From a virus (lineage: Duplodnaviria; Caudoviricetes): a DNA stretch of 43,158 bases. This document shows, in pieces, positions 28,345 to 37,051 of this stretch. Both the position numbers and the translations under genes were made by a program. The notes beneath the pieces are model-generated. The model did no database searches, was not told the DNA's origin, and saw nothing but the letters and a program-made list of their open reading frames with translations. Every line of letters begins with the position of its first letter. Positions within the stretch are counted from its first letter, which is position 1. The stretch lies in the IMG/VR virus record IMGVR_UViG_3300029179_000006, positions 1 through 43,158 of that record; one strand, given 5' to 3'.

Positions 28345-31329
28345 TTAATCGCCGATTCTTGATATATGTATAGTTGATTGACCTGAGACAAGAGATCTAG
28401 CTGCCCCTTCTCCATGACTAACGCGGATATCTATAAAATCTCCAGCATTCATTTTAATAATACCAGAGCCCGACAACATACTTGGCTGTACCGTGGCGCT
28501 AGCCCAAATATGTTGCTGATCTAAAAGCCAAGCACTCGAGTTATTAATAAACATGAGCATAGCCAAATTAGTATTATTAGTAAAGGATGCGGTTGTAAAT
28601 TGAACTAATGCCGAAACATCATATTTACCGGAAACTGGTGCAGTAAATTTCCAAGAAGCACCATCTGTGACAGCACCATGCGTATCATATTGTTTACTAT
28701 TGAAATTGACAATTACTTGAGCGCCATTGGCTATAGATTGGCCGTTAGTCTCTAGAAAAACAGTATTTATACTTTCAGTTGCCGCTACAACCGCGGGTCC
28801 AGATAAACGTTCAATAGAAATGGAATTTACTGGAGAGCTACTAACAAGTCCCCCCGCAGTAAATGTGGCATTAGTTCGAACAGATAAACTATCACCGGCA
28901 TTACAAGAAATTAAAGAGCTTCCAGAGTATACAGTATTAATTGCTCCAACAGTGCCCAACCATTGAACGTTAGTTCCGTTTTTACTTAGAAATAGATCAG
29001 TCGTTCCCGATGTGGAATGTCCCGTATGTGAAATTCTATAAGTTCCAGAAACAGGAACAAGATAACTCCACGTTCCTGAGCCAGTTGTTACGGCAGAATG
29101 AGTATCAATAACTTTCACAGCATAATTAATTGGATCATTTGCAGTTTGCGAAGCTGATGAATTAATATAATAATAAGCAGACACGACTCTTGTATCTGTA
29201 TCATTAGACATTTGAACTTGAGAAGACCATCCTGCAACGGGATAACTAAATCTAAGAACGACTGTGTCACCGGAACCATAGGTAAATGGCGCGGTATTTG
29301 ATATGGGCGCTGTTGTTGTATTCGTAGTAGAAGCAATTTCGTATGTAACGCGCAAAACATTAGCGGTATCTGTAGGCTCAACATAAGCCGCCTGGTATGC
29401 TACCGCTGCCGAGTCAATTGTATACCCGGTCCCCAAATACGCAGCATCAAAAACTTGACCGCCAGTTAATTTATTATAATCAATTGAAGATGGTGTGGTT
29501 ATAGTTAAACCCGTTGCTGTAGGCGCGCCAGCCAAAGTGATATAAACCTGAACTTCTTCAGTATCACCTACGCGCCGTTTAAAACCAGAATACGTGGTAT
29601 TAGCTACCCAAGATCCTGTAGGAGTAAATGCTTGCCAATCTGTGGCAACTGCCCCGATTGGAGCAGTCTGCGGACTAACAGACATATCATCGAAATACAC
29701 AGTAACGGCACCAGAAGTTGCATTGGCGTTAAAAACAACTAAACGATATTGAGTACTAGCTGACGTAGTTTGAAAAGTTGCGGTCGCAATACCAACACCC
29801 GAACTTTGCGTCATTCCCCAAACACCAGCCGGTTGTATCCAGCCAGCTGAACCGCCAGTCGTTACATCATAAAGTGCAATTCCAAAACTATTTGAAGACG
29901 TTCCAGACCAATTAGCATTTGAGGGATTAGTCTGTGCTTTGTAATAAAACTTAACCGTTAAAACTTTAGCTTGATCTTCAGAATCGATTGTGAAAGCATT
30001 AGATGCGACAAAATTTCCGGCAGTAGTTGCTGCACTTGACGCATAGGACAAGGAGTAATTGCCGGCCAGTTGCCCAGAACTTACCGCACTAATAGAAAGA
30101 TTTCCACTAGCTCCGCTACCGAATGTCGGTGTTCCAGAAGGAAAGTTACTAGTTAAAGTGACATTTCCAAGGGACCACCCAGTTGTAGATCCCAACTCAA
30201 AGTTGCCATTACCATTAACGTTGTTGACAACGCCAAGATAATTCTTACTGCCGCTACCGCTTGAGCCTAATGGTGCCTCTACTCCCGAAGAATTCAATGT
30301 ATAAAAATTACCGTCAGCTTTAGGATAAACTTTATTTAATCCTGCCGAAGGATTTGAGGGAGTAGCAATCTGGGTAAACGTCAATGCGTCGCCCATAGTT
30401 TTATTACTCAGAGTATCGGAACTTGTACGTCCGACTAATGTTTCGGGCGCTGGAGGAAGAGAGATTGTTCCGCCACCAGTGGCTGCTGCTGGGGCGATAC
30501 TTAGCGTCGATGCAGTATTTAAATTATTTGGCGAAAAAGCTATAATTTTAGTTTGGTCAATGTTTCCAACAAATCCAACAGAACTACCATCTAAATGTTT
30601 ATTTTGTAATCTATTAGCGCCAGTATCAGTACTAGTTCGACTAACTAAAGTGTCAGTTCCGTTAGGAATCGTCACAGTGCCACTAGAATTGATATTTAAT
30701 GTTCCAGAACCGTTAACCAAGCTTGATGCTGTGTTACCAGAAAGCGTTTTATTAGTTAGAGTCTGGGTTGTATCAGTGCCAACGATAGTGGTATCAGCAT
30801 CAGGAGCTGTAAGAGTTCTAGTTGTGCCGGTTGTAATTCCCGAAGCTTGAATTTTTAATTGCTTTGTTGTATCGACGTTGTCTTGGATAGTTAGATTTGA
30901 ATCTTGGATAGTTAAAATCGTACTATTATCAAGCGTTTTATTGCTAAGCGTTTGAGCACTAGTTTGATCTACGATTGGAGAAGTGACTGCACCTAGTTGT
31001 TGAAACTCAGCGTTGCTAACTGAGCCGTCGCCAATTTTAGATGCATCGATTCCTGCACCAGCCTTGATATCTGCGTTTTCAATATTCGAAATAGTATTTT
31101 GATCGGCATCGATAGATTTATTTGTTAGTGTATCAGTAGTGTTTCTGCCAACAAGTGTATCAGTTGCATCAGGAACTGAAATTGTTCTGTTGGCCGTTTG
31201 AGCAACTTGAATAGTTGTTCTTGTGCTTGCCGTAGCACTCGGGGATACCTGAACAACGGCTTCTTTTGAACGGTCTGTTTCGTTTTGAATAAGCAGACCT
31301 TTAAGAACGCCAAAAAATGAAAAAGCCAT
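28345..31329 (-). CDS. Tail fibre / receptor-binding protein with C-terminal C1q-like domains
   Basis: TLTNKT repeats; WKFTAPVSGKY and YLVPVSGTY. Confidence 0.8.
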   Translation of the reverse strand: MAFSFFGVLKGLLIQNETDRSKEAVVQVSPSATASTRTTIQVAQTANRTISVPDATDTLVGRNTTDTLTNKSIDADQNTISNIENADIKAGAGIDASKIGDGSVSNAEFQQLGAVTSPIVDQTSAQTLSNKTLDNSTILTIQDSNLTIQDNVDTTKQLKIQASGITTGTTRTLTAPDADTTIVGTDTTQTLTNKTLSGNTASSLVNGSGTLNINSSGTVTIPNGTDTLVSRTSTDTGANRLQNKHLDGSSVGFVGNIDQTKIIAFSPNNLNTASTLSIAPAAATGGGTISLPPAPETLVGRTSSDTLSNKTMGDALTFTQIATPSNPSAGLNKVYPKADGNFYTLNSSGVEAPLGSSGSGSKNYLGVVNNVNGNGNFELGSTTGWSLGNVTLTSNFPSGTPTFGSGASGNLSISAVSSGQLAGNYSLSYASSAATTAGNFVASNAFTIDSEDQAKVLTVKFYYKAQTNPSNANWSGTSSNSFGIALYDVTTGGSAGWIQPAGVWGMTQSSGVGIATATFQTTSASTQYRLVVFNANATSGAVTVYFDDMSVSPQTAPIGAVATDWQAFTPTGSWVANTTYSGFKRRVGDTEEVQVYITLAGAPTATGLTITTPSSIDYNKLTGGQVFDAAYLGTGYTIDSAAVAYQAAYVEPTDTANVLRVTYEIASTTNTTTAPISNTAPFTYGSGDTVVLRFSYPVAGWSSQVQMSNDTDTRVVSAYYYINSSASQTANDPINYAVKVIDTHSAVTTGSGTWSYLVPVSGTYRISHTGHSTSGTTDLFLSKNGTNVQWLGTVGAINTVYSGSSLISCNAGDSLSVRTNATFTAGGLVSSSPVNSISIERLSGPAVVAATESINTVFLETNGQSIANGAQVIVNFNSKQYDTHGAVTDGASWKFTAPVSGKYDVSALVQFTTASFTNNTNLAMLMFINNSSAWLLDQQHIWASATVQPSMLSGSGIIKMNAGDFIDIRVSHGEGAARSLVSGQSTIHISRIGD

Positions 31330-31346
31330 TTATAATTTCCTCTAAA

Positions 31347-31841
31347 TTAGATACTTAATATAGTTTTAGCTCTGAATCTCATTTCACCAGAGTATCCAGC
31401 CGCACCTATATCAGTAGATTTATATTGTACTTGTCCGGCATCTGTAATTGTAAAAGTCACACCAGCGCCGGGACCTGCGACATTTCCTACAGCAAACTTC
31501 CATTTTTCATTTACAGGAGCGTTGCCATCATACACGACATTCATAGAACCCGATTCAACAATCCCGAATGGATTAAGGGTTGAAGTTCGATAAATGCTAT
31601 AGATAATTTCAGCGGAGCGGACTTGTCCGGTACTAAAAGAAAGCCCGGCAACATTTGTAAAAGTTGTAATATTATTTGCTACAGAAAAAGTCGTTTCTAG
31701 GATGTCGTTTGCATTTACAAGAGAATTAAGGACTTCAGCGACTTCTACTGCAAATTGTGTGCCAGATTCTCCCCATCCGGGCTCATCACCGGGAGAAGGG
31801 TAAGAAATCGGTATATTATTTACCACTATATTAACTGGCAT
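31347..31841 (-). CDS. Virion protein, paralogue of the C-terminal domain of the 755-aa fibre
   Basis: ETTFSVANN...RSA.I.YSI...ESG...GQVQY.S...G.M.FRA shared between the two. Confidence 0.7.
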   Translation of the reverse strand: MPVNIVVNNIPISYPSPGDEPGWGESGTQFAVEVAEVLNSLVNANDILETTFSVANNITTFTNVAGLSFSTGQVRSAEIIYSIYRTSTLNPFGIVESGSMNVVYDGNAPVNEKWKFAVGNVAGPGAGVTFTITDAGQVQYKSTDIGAAGYSGEMRFRAKTILSI

Positions 31842-31870
31842 ATATTCGATAGGCCTTTATATGAAGATAT

Positions 31871-31887
31871 CTAAATTAACTTGTTAA
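31871..31887 (-). promoter_or_regulatory. Conserved 17-bp motif, putative late promoter
   Basis: TTAACAAGTTAATTTAG on the - strand, upstream of the fibre/tail operon. Confidence 0.75.
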
Positions 31888-31914
31888 TTAGAGTTAATAC
31901 ATTGATTAAAATTC

Positions 31915-31943
31915 TTGACTTTTAAAATATTCTATGTTATAGT
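31915..31943 (+). promoter_or_regulatory. sigma70-type early promoter P4 (predicted leaderless mRNA)
   Basis: TTGACT-17bp-TATAGT with extended TG; ATG 31951 is 7 nt downstream. Confidence 0.8.
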
Positions 31944-31950
31944 AATTTAT

Positions 31951-32181
31951 ATGATTTTAGTGTTTTTATTGATTGTTATCTTGGCTGCCTATGTCATTAA
32001 TAATATTAAGGTTATTACTGAACCCACTATAAAATTGCTTGAAGTCAATGATGATAAGTGTGATCCGGGAGATCCCAGTAAGGCTTGGCGGCATAAATGG
32101 GTGCAAAAAATAATTCAAGAACCGGGACGACACTATTTAAAATGTGCCAAATGTGGACAGGAACCCAATGTTATCGAGTGA
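31951..32181 (+). CDS. Small membrane-anchored protein with Cys/His zinc-finger-like motif (start revised from 31915)
   Basis: N-terminal TM; C...H...CAKC; the track's TTG start is the -35 box. Confidence 0.65.
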   Translation: MILVFLLIVILAAYVINNIKVITEPTIKLLEVNDDKCDPGDPSKAWRHKWVQKIIQEPGRHYLKCAKCGQEPNVIE

Positions 32182-32422
32182 TTATGACAAATTATTAGCT
32201 CAGGCTCATGAGTTCTGGACATTCTCGCCCGATAAATCGAGAAGAACTGTCGAAATGTATTTACAAAATGATAAATATGATGATTTGCTCGCTTTTGTTC
32301 AGAGTTATGATAATCATCTTAATTACGTTACAAAGCATTGTATAGTACGAAAACAACACGATTTCACTATTTATATTCGCCCACAATTTCCTATTGTAGA
32401 AATCGAGTATCAAGATGCTTGA
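32144..32422 (+). CDS. Hypothetical protein
   Basis: Overlapping ORF in the island; start could be 32168. Confidence 0.55.
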   Translation: MPNVDRNPMLSSDYDKLLAQAHEFWTFSPDKSRRTVEMYLQNDKYDDLLAFVQSYDNHLNYVTKHCIVRKQHDFTIYIRPQFPIVEIEYQDA

Positions 32423-32762
32423 TCATTTATCGACACAAGAATTTATTGAAGAAGTGGCACGACAATATTGCATAGATGGATATACTGATGGCGGGATACT
32501 TTATAATATTGAGACGGAGCCCACTAAACCTATAAAGTATAAAGATAATTTACAAATTTATTTGCCCAAAATTGAATATCGAGCACTGATTAACAACCTT
32601 AATATATATTATTCAGAAGAAGCACCTTATAATCATATTATCTATATGACATATTGCGGTGTTGTAAAAGTGTACGCAAATACCGAAAGTAACACTCGTT
32701 TCGTGCCAAATTTTAATTTAGCTTATGAGGTTCAATATGAAGATGCTGCCGGATTTATCTGA
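32415..32762 (+). CDS. Hypothetical protein
   Basis: Overlapping ORF in the island. Confidence 0.6.
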   Translation: MLDHLSTQEFIEEVARQYCIDGYTDGGILYNIETEPTKPIKYKDNLQIYLPKIEYRALINNLNIYYSEEAPYNHIIYMTYCGVVKVYANTESNTRFVPNFNLAYEVQYEDAAGFI

Positions 32763-32964
32763 AGTTTTAGAATTGGCTCTTATACTTAAAAATAGTAATG
32801 TGCCAGAAGTAGCTAAGCTTGCTGAAGGATTTTTAGAACTTGAAGCGCAATTTGGCCAATTGTCTCATGATTATATTATGCAAACCAGTGAATTAGTAAT
32901 GCTACGTCATCATAAAACGTTTGAAAAACTAGCTAAAACAGATACTAATTCGCACGAAAATTAA
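32725..32964 (+). CDS. Hypothetical helical protein
   Basis: Overlapping ORF in the island. Confidence 0.55.
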   Translation: MRFNMKMLPDLSEVLELALILKNSNVPEVAKLAEGFLELEAQFGQLSHDYIMQTSELVMLRHHKTFEKLAKTDTNSHEN

Positions 32965-32975
32965 GGACAGTATAA

Positions 32976-33392
32976 ATGAGTAACGAGACAACTGTTAGAG
33001 TTAAAGATGATAGTAAACGATTACAACTAGAACTTAAAGAATTACTAACAAAAAATAAACTACTACATGATTTGATTTTTGATCTAGCAGAATTTATTAA
33101 ATCTTCGTTTAAAAAAGAATTAGTAATTACAATGATTTTTCGAACCGATGCCGAGCAAGCTGAGATCTATAAAGATGACCCAAAATATAAAGTCAAACCT
33201 TTTAAATCTCCCCACCAGCTATGGAGTGCTGTAGATATTAGGTCGCTAATCTTTACACCAGATGAAATTAAAAAGATTGAAGATTATTTAAATAATAAAT
33301 ATAATGGAAGTAATGGATTTAAGTGGACAGCTAGAAATCATAAAGTGGGAGTAGGGGCATTCCATTTTCATATTCAGTTAGTGAAAAAATAG
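32976..33392 (+). CDS. Peptidase M15/LAS-type peptidoglycan hydrolase (endolysin candidate)
   Basis: IT..FR, SPHQLWSAVD (SxHxxxxAxD), HFHIQ; AAGGA RBS. Confidence 0.78.
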   Translation: MSNETTVRVKDDSKRLQLELKELLTKNKLLHDLIFDLAEFIKSSFKKELVITMIFRTDAEQAEIYKDDPKYKVKPFKSPHQLWSAVDIRSLIFTPDEIKKIEDYLNNKYNGSNGFKWTARNHKVGVGAFHFHIQLVKK

Positions 33393-33581
33393 TTCATATT
33401 TTAAAATACAAAAAGGATTTCCTTGAGTAAATTTATTGCAATTAAAACTTCTGACAGACGTAAAACTTCTTTAGTCCGTTGTAAGCGGTCTCTAGATGCA
33501 TTTAATCTCGCTAAAGGTGATAAACTAACACCAGTACAACGTCAAACATCACCTTCACAAATTTCAAGTTGTTTAATTTAT

Positions 33582-33613
33582 AAAAAAAAGAGGGCTGGCG
33601 AAACCAACCCTCT
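33582..33613 (-). terminator. Rho-independent terminator after the major capsid gene
   Basis: AGAGGGTTGG-TTTCG-CCAGCCCTCT then a T-run on the - strand. Confidence 0.88.
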
Positions 33614-33646
33614 AAAAGAATGATAAGGCTAAGTAATTAGAATTAA

Positions 33647-34867
33647 TTAGCTATTTTGAATACCGGCGATGAGTGTGCTGCGACCAGGAGCCATGCAAAA
33701 AACTGCTTGGTCGGTGTACGCTCTCAACTCATACCCTGCGTTATTCTCAAGTTCGCGGAAGAAGTCATCACCCTGACCAGGACGGCGGAAGGTAATGTCA
33801 GTCGAACCAACGCGCATGAAGTCTTCCATGCAAAGTACGAAAGCGTGTCCTTCTTTCACATAGATTGAGGGAACGATTTCAACTTTACCATTTTGACCGT
33901 GGAACATGATCTCCTGAGCGCCGTTTTCAGAAACAGACGCACGGTACGAAGAATCGTACTGACGGAGAGCAGCTTGTTCAGTCAACAGATCAGACCAAGC
34001 GCGGGGGTTAACAAGAACCACAACATCACTGTCAAGACCTTTTTCAACAGCGCGAGCAATCGCATCTTGAATAACTGCGAAAGAAAGTGGAGCCGAAGAA
34101 AGAGTCAGCGTGTTACCTTTGAACAGATCGTACTGTGAAGCATCGATTCCGAACAAGGTTCCAGTGTTTGTGAGGATCTTATGGATACCAGCAAATTCGT
34201 TGTTATACGCGCCGTTATGCCAGATAATATCAGTCGCAACTACACCACCGGGGAGCAAGTCCACAGTTACAGTGCGAAGATTCATATCAACAGACACTAC
34301 GTTAGCTGTACCACGGAGAACACCAGCCGAGCTACGGATTTGGATTGGCATGTTGTTAGCGCCAGCCCAGATACCGGGAGCCCATTCGGCAGTAGTAATT
34401 GTGATAGTGTTACCAGAAGTCGAGGCAACGACTCCATAACCCATCTGGCCGTACAGAAGTTCGATTTCGAGCTTTTTGGCCATAGAGCGCATCATATTTT
34501 GAACAAGGAACTTAGTTGAATCTTCGAAAGCGGCCTGAGTGCCGGCAGCAGCGCGAGCAGCAGCGGCATAACCGAGAACTGAGCGAAGAACCATCTGAGA
34601 ACCACGAACTTGGGCTTCTTTCAACTGACCTGCGATGGGAGCGTTCAAAGCAAACGCGTCATCGGTAGCACCAGCAAAAGTTACACCGTGTTCCAAACCA
34701 AGAACCAACGGTTGCGAATAGAGCAAACCGAGTTGAGCTTGGCGACCAGAGAACGGGATGCGATGTTGCAGCTTCACGCCTTCCGGGATTAGATTTTCAA
34801 TTTTGGGGGCATATACAACCTTAAAGTTTGCATTAAGGGTATCTGTATACGTATTATAAGCAGGCAT
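33647..34867 (-). CDS. Major capsid protein
   Basis: Size; follows scaffold; AGGAG RBS; own motif and terminator; strongly biased codons; E..L.GxxG pattern. Confidence 0.85.
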   Translation of the reverse strand: MPAYNTYTDTLNANFKVVYAPKIENLIPEGVKLQHRIPFSGRQAQLGLLYSQPLVLGLEHGVTFAGATDDAFALNAPIAGQLKEAQVRGSQMVLRSVLGYAAAARAAAGTQAAFEDSTKFLVQNMMRSMAKKLEIELLYGQMGYGVVASTSGNTITITTAEWAPGIWAGANNMPIQIRSSAGVLRGTANVVSVDMNLRTVTVDLLPGGVVATDIIWHNGAYNNEFAGIHKILTNTGTLFGIDASQYDLFKGNTLTLSSAPLSFAVIQDAIARAVEKGLDSDVVVLVNPRAWSDLLTEQAALRQYDSSYRASVSENGAQEIMFHGQNGKVEIVPSIYVKEGHAFVLCMEDFMRVGSTDITFRRPGQGDDFFRELENNAGYELRAYTDQAVFCMAPGRSTLIAGIQNS

Positions 34868-35008
34868 TTAAAATACTCCTAAAGTATATAAAATAGTTTT
34901 AATAATGTTTCATTTTGAAACGTGTATTAACTTTTAAACCTTCAAAGTGTTTTTCTAAGGCCTGGCTGGTTACTCAGAAAATCTTTATAGCAAAGATAAT
35001 ATTAGTTC

Positions 35009-35025
35009 CTAAATGAACTTGTTAA
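35009..35025 (-). promoter_or_regulatory. Conserved 17-bp motif, putative late promoter of the capsid gene
   Basis: TTAACAAGTTCATTTAG on the - strand. Confidence 0.75.
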
Positions 35026-35040
35026 CTCGACTTAATACAA

Positions 35041-36015
35041 TTATTTAGAGCCTAGGGTTTTAAAGAAATCCCGAGCACTAACCTTTTTAGTCGGTTTTTC
35101 GGCTTGGGCTTCTTGCATTTCCTTTACTCCAGTCGATTGAATATTGGGTGGGGTAACTGGGGCTTTTGATTTTGGTTTAATTTTTCCACGACGATATTTA
35201 TTCAAACGATCTTTTCCAACCATTTGTTCAAATAATTCATCTGGCGCCATTGTGTACATCTGCTGCAATTCACCTTTTACTTCATCGCGGACAATCTCGG
35301 CAGCACGTTTAGCGCTGATATCTTTATTATTCTTTAAACCGTAGATCATAACATCGGCAATACGCTTTACAAAATAGGGTGAATTTGGGAGACCAAAATC
35401 GGGCGCGTCCATCGCTTCATTAATTTCGCTCTCAATCTGGGTTGCAAATTGTTCTTGCATCCTGGTCATTTCACGTTCTTGCGCTTCTTGCTTTTCTTTT
35501 TCTCGCTCAGATTTAATCTGTTCGTTTTCTCGGCGAATTTTTTCAAGCTCAAGTTGTTCTGGTGTTTTTTTCATTTCTTCAATACGTTGCTGAATACGAG
35601 CTTCAGCTAATGCATCAACGTCGAAACCTAATTGCTCAAGTGCTGCACCGGGATCTTTTTGAAGAAGTCCAATAAATCCTTCAACTTGTTTGCGCATCTT
35701 AGCTGCTTCTTGCCATTTTTCTTCGGCAGAATAGCCCATCTGAGCGCGCTTAACAAGCTCGTCTTCATCGACTTCAATCTCTTTGCCTTGAACTTTAAGT
35801 TTTTTCTTAAGTTTTTGAACTTCTTTAGGGGAAAGCTCCGCTTCAAGATCTGCACCATCGTCTTCAATTTCTTGAGCGGCAGCAGCGTCTTTAGCTTTAG
35901 CATCAGGAAGCGTTCTAAGAACTTCTTCTGAAGCTGCTTGAATATTTGTTTTAGGTTGAGATTCAGCTACGGGAGCCGCAGCTTGAGGTGTGGGAGTAGA
36001 TTGCACTCCAGACAT
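35041..36015 (-). CDS. Capsid scaffolding protein
   Basis: KLKVQGKEIEVDEDELVKRAQMG pattern; charged coiled coil; directly upstream of the capsid gene. Confidence 0.8.
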   Translation of the reverse strand: MSGVQSTPTPQAAAPVAESQPKTNIQAASEEVLRTLPDAKAKDAAAAQEIEDDGADLEAELSPKEVQKLKKKLKVQGKEIEVDEDELVKRAQMGYSAEEKWQEAAKMRKQVEGFIGLLQKDPGAALEQLGFDVDALAEARIQQRIEEMKKTPEQLELEKIRRENEQIKSEREKEKQEAQEREMTRMQEQFATQIESEINEAMDAPDFGLPNSPYFVKRIADVMIYGLKNNKDISAKRAAEIVRDEVKGELQQMYTMAPDELFEQMVGKDRLNKYRRGKIKPKSKAPVTPPNIQSTGVKEMQEAQAEKPTKKVSARDFFKTLGSK

Positions 36016-36081
36016 ATTATTCTCCTTTGCGCCCTAAAAAGGGTTGGCATATGTTATAAGTTCCCGGTAATTCGGGAGTAC

Positions 36082-36098
36082 TTAATATAAGTTGTTAA
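36082..36098 (-). promoter_or_regulatory. Degenerate copy of the late motif
   Basis: TTAACAACTTATATTAA in the gap upstream of the scaffold gene. Confidence 0.5.
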
Positions 36099-36101
36099 TT
36101 G

Positions 36102-36923
36102 TTATTTCCAACGATTTTGTAATGTATTAAATTTTTTATTTTCTTCTTCCGACATGACTAGATCGGCAGCACCAGCCGCAGCACCAAAACCAGGAGATAA
36201 AAGATTTGCTGGATCAAGCGCCATCTGTGCAAGTCCACCCGCGACATCACGCTCTTGTTGTTTAGCGTCTTCAGAAAGCTCTAATCCTCGAGGTCTAACA
36301 GTATCGGCAATCCATTCACCAGCTTTTTGAGTTTTTTCAAGCATGGGACGACGAACTGATTGATAAAGATCTTTTAAATCTTGTAAGGGTTCTTTGATTA
36401 AACTGGTTGAGCTAGGCATTGCACCCATACCGGCAACTTTTTTTAAATCAATTTTTTGCGTTGCGTCTTCGGCAGGAATTTGTGCTAGTTGTTTTTGTTT
36501 TAAGTAGTCATTAATTTCGTCTTGCTTATTTGCGATTGTTTTAAGTGCGTTTTCTTTAACAATCTTATCTTGTACTTCAGACGAACCAAATAATGCACTA
36601 TGTGCTTTCATTGCTTCTTCGGGAGTAGAACCTGAGACAGCAAGAGGCGACCCCCCTTGTCTTGGAATAACTATCTCACTTCCGGTTGGACCAGACTTCA
36701 TAATTCCTCTAGGAACTCCACCCTGCTCGGGTAGGAATGCGGGTGGCGGATTTTCAAGAGGTAAATTTCTTAGTGCATCTAGTTCTTGTGCTTTATCTAT
36801 TAGTTGCTGCCAACTTCGGGAGTCAACACCCAACTGCTTTCCAACAGGTTCCCCAGCAGCGGCAGCCTTTTGAAGTTTATCTAACGCACTTTGAAGAGCT
36901 TTAATATTTTTAAATTTTGGCAC
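36102..36923 (-). CDS. Hypothetical (possibly internal head) protein
   Basis: 273-aa ORF in the head module, GTG start. Confidence 0.65.
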   Translation of the reverse strand: MPKFKNIKALQSALDKLQKAAAAGEPVGKQLGVDSRSWQQLIDKAQELDALRNLPLENPPPAFLPEQGGVPRGIMKSGPTGSEIVIPRQGGSPLAVSGSTPEEAMKAHSALFGSSEVQDKIVKENALKTIANKQDEINDYLKQKQLAQIPAEDATQKIDLKKVAGMGAMPSSTSLIKEPLQDLKDLYQSVRRPMLEKTQKAGEWIADTVRPRGLELSEDAKQQERDVAGGLAQMALDPANLLSPGFGAAAGAADLVMSEEENKKFNTLQNRWK

Positions 36924-36925
36924 GA

Positions 36926-37051
36926 TTATATCCTAAGTAAATAAAAATTTTGAATAATGAGAACTAAAGCCAGTAAACCGCACAATAATTTCCAATGTAT
37001 TTTACGATGACGTTTTTTAATGTGATTTGAAATAAAGTGTAATTTAGCCAT
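36926..37051 (-). CDS. 41-aa membrane peptide (not in ORF track)
   Basis: Hand-translated MAKLHFISNHIKKRHRKIHWKLLCGLLALVLIIQNFYLLRI; fills the intergenic gap exactly. Confidence 0.5.
   Translation of the reverse strand: MAKLHFISNHIKKRHRKIHWKLLCGLLALVLIIQNFYLLRI

Noticed and set aside
30881-30914. Direct repeat TCTTGGATAGTTA twice
   Set aside because: Explained by an LTIQD peptide repeat in the fibre
33423-33623. 66-aa + strand ORF
   Set aside because: TTG start, no recognisable features, and it runs through the capsid terminator; a weak SD-like AAGGA means it is not fully excluded
33647-33680. T7-like programmed frameshift extending the capsid protein
   Set aside because: No slippery heptamer near the stop, and a terminator follows closely
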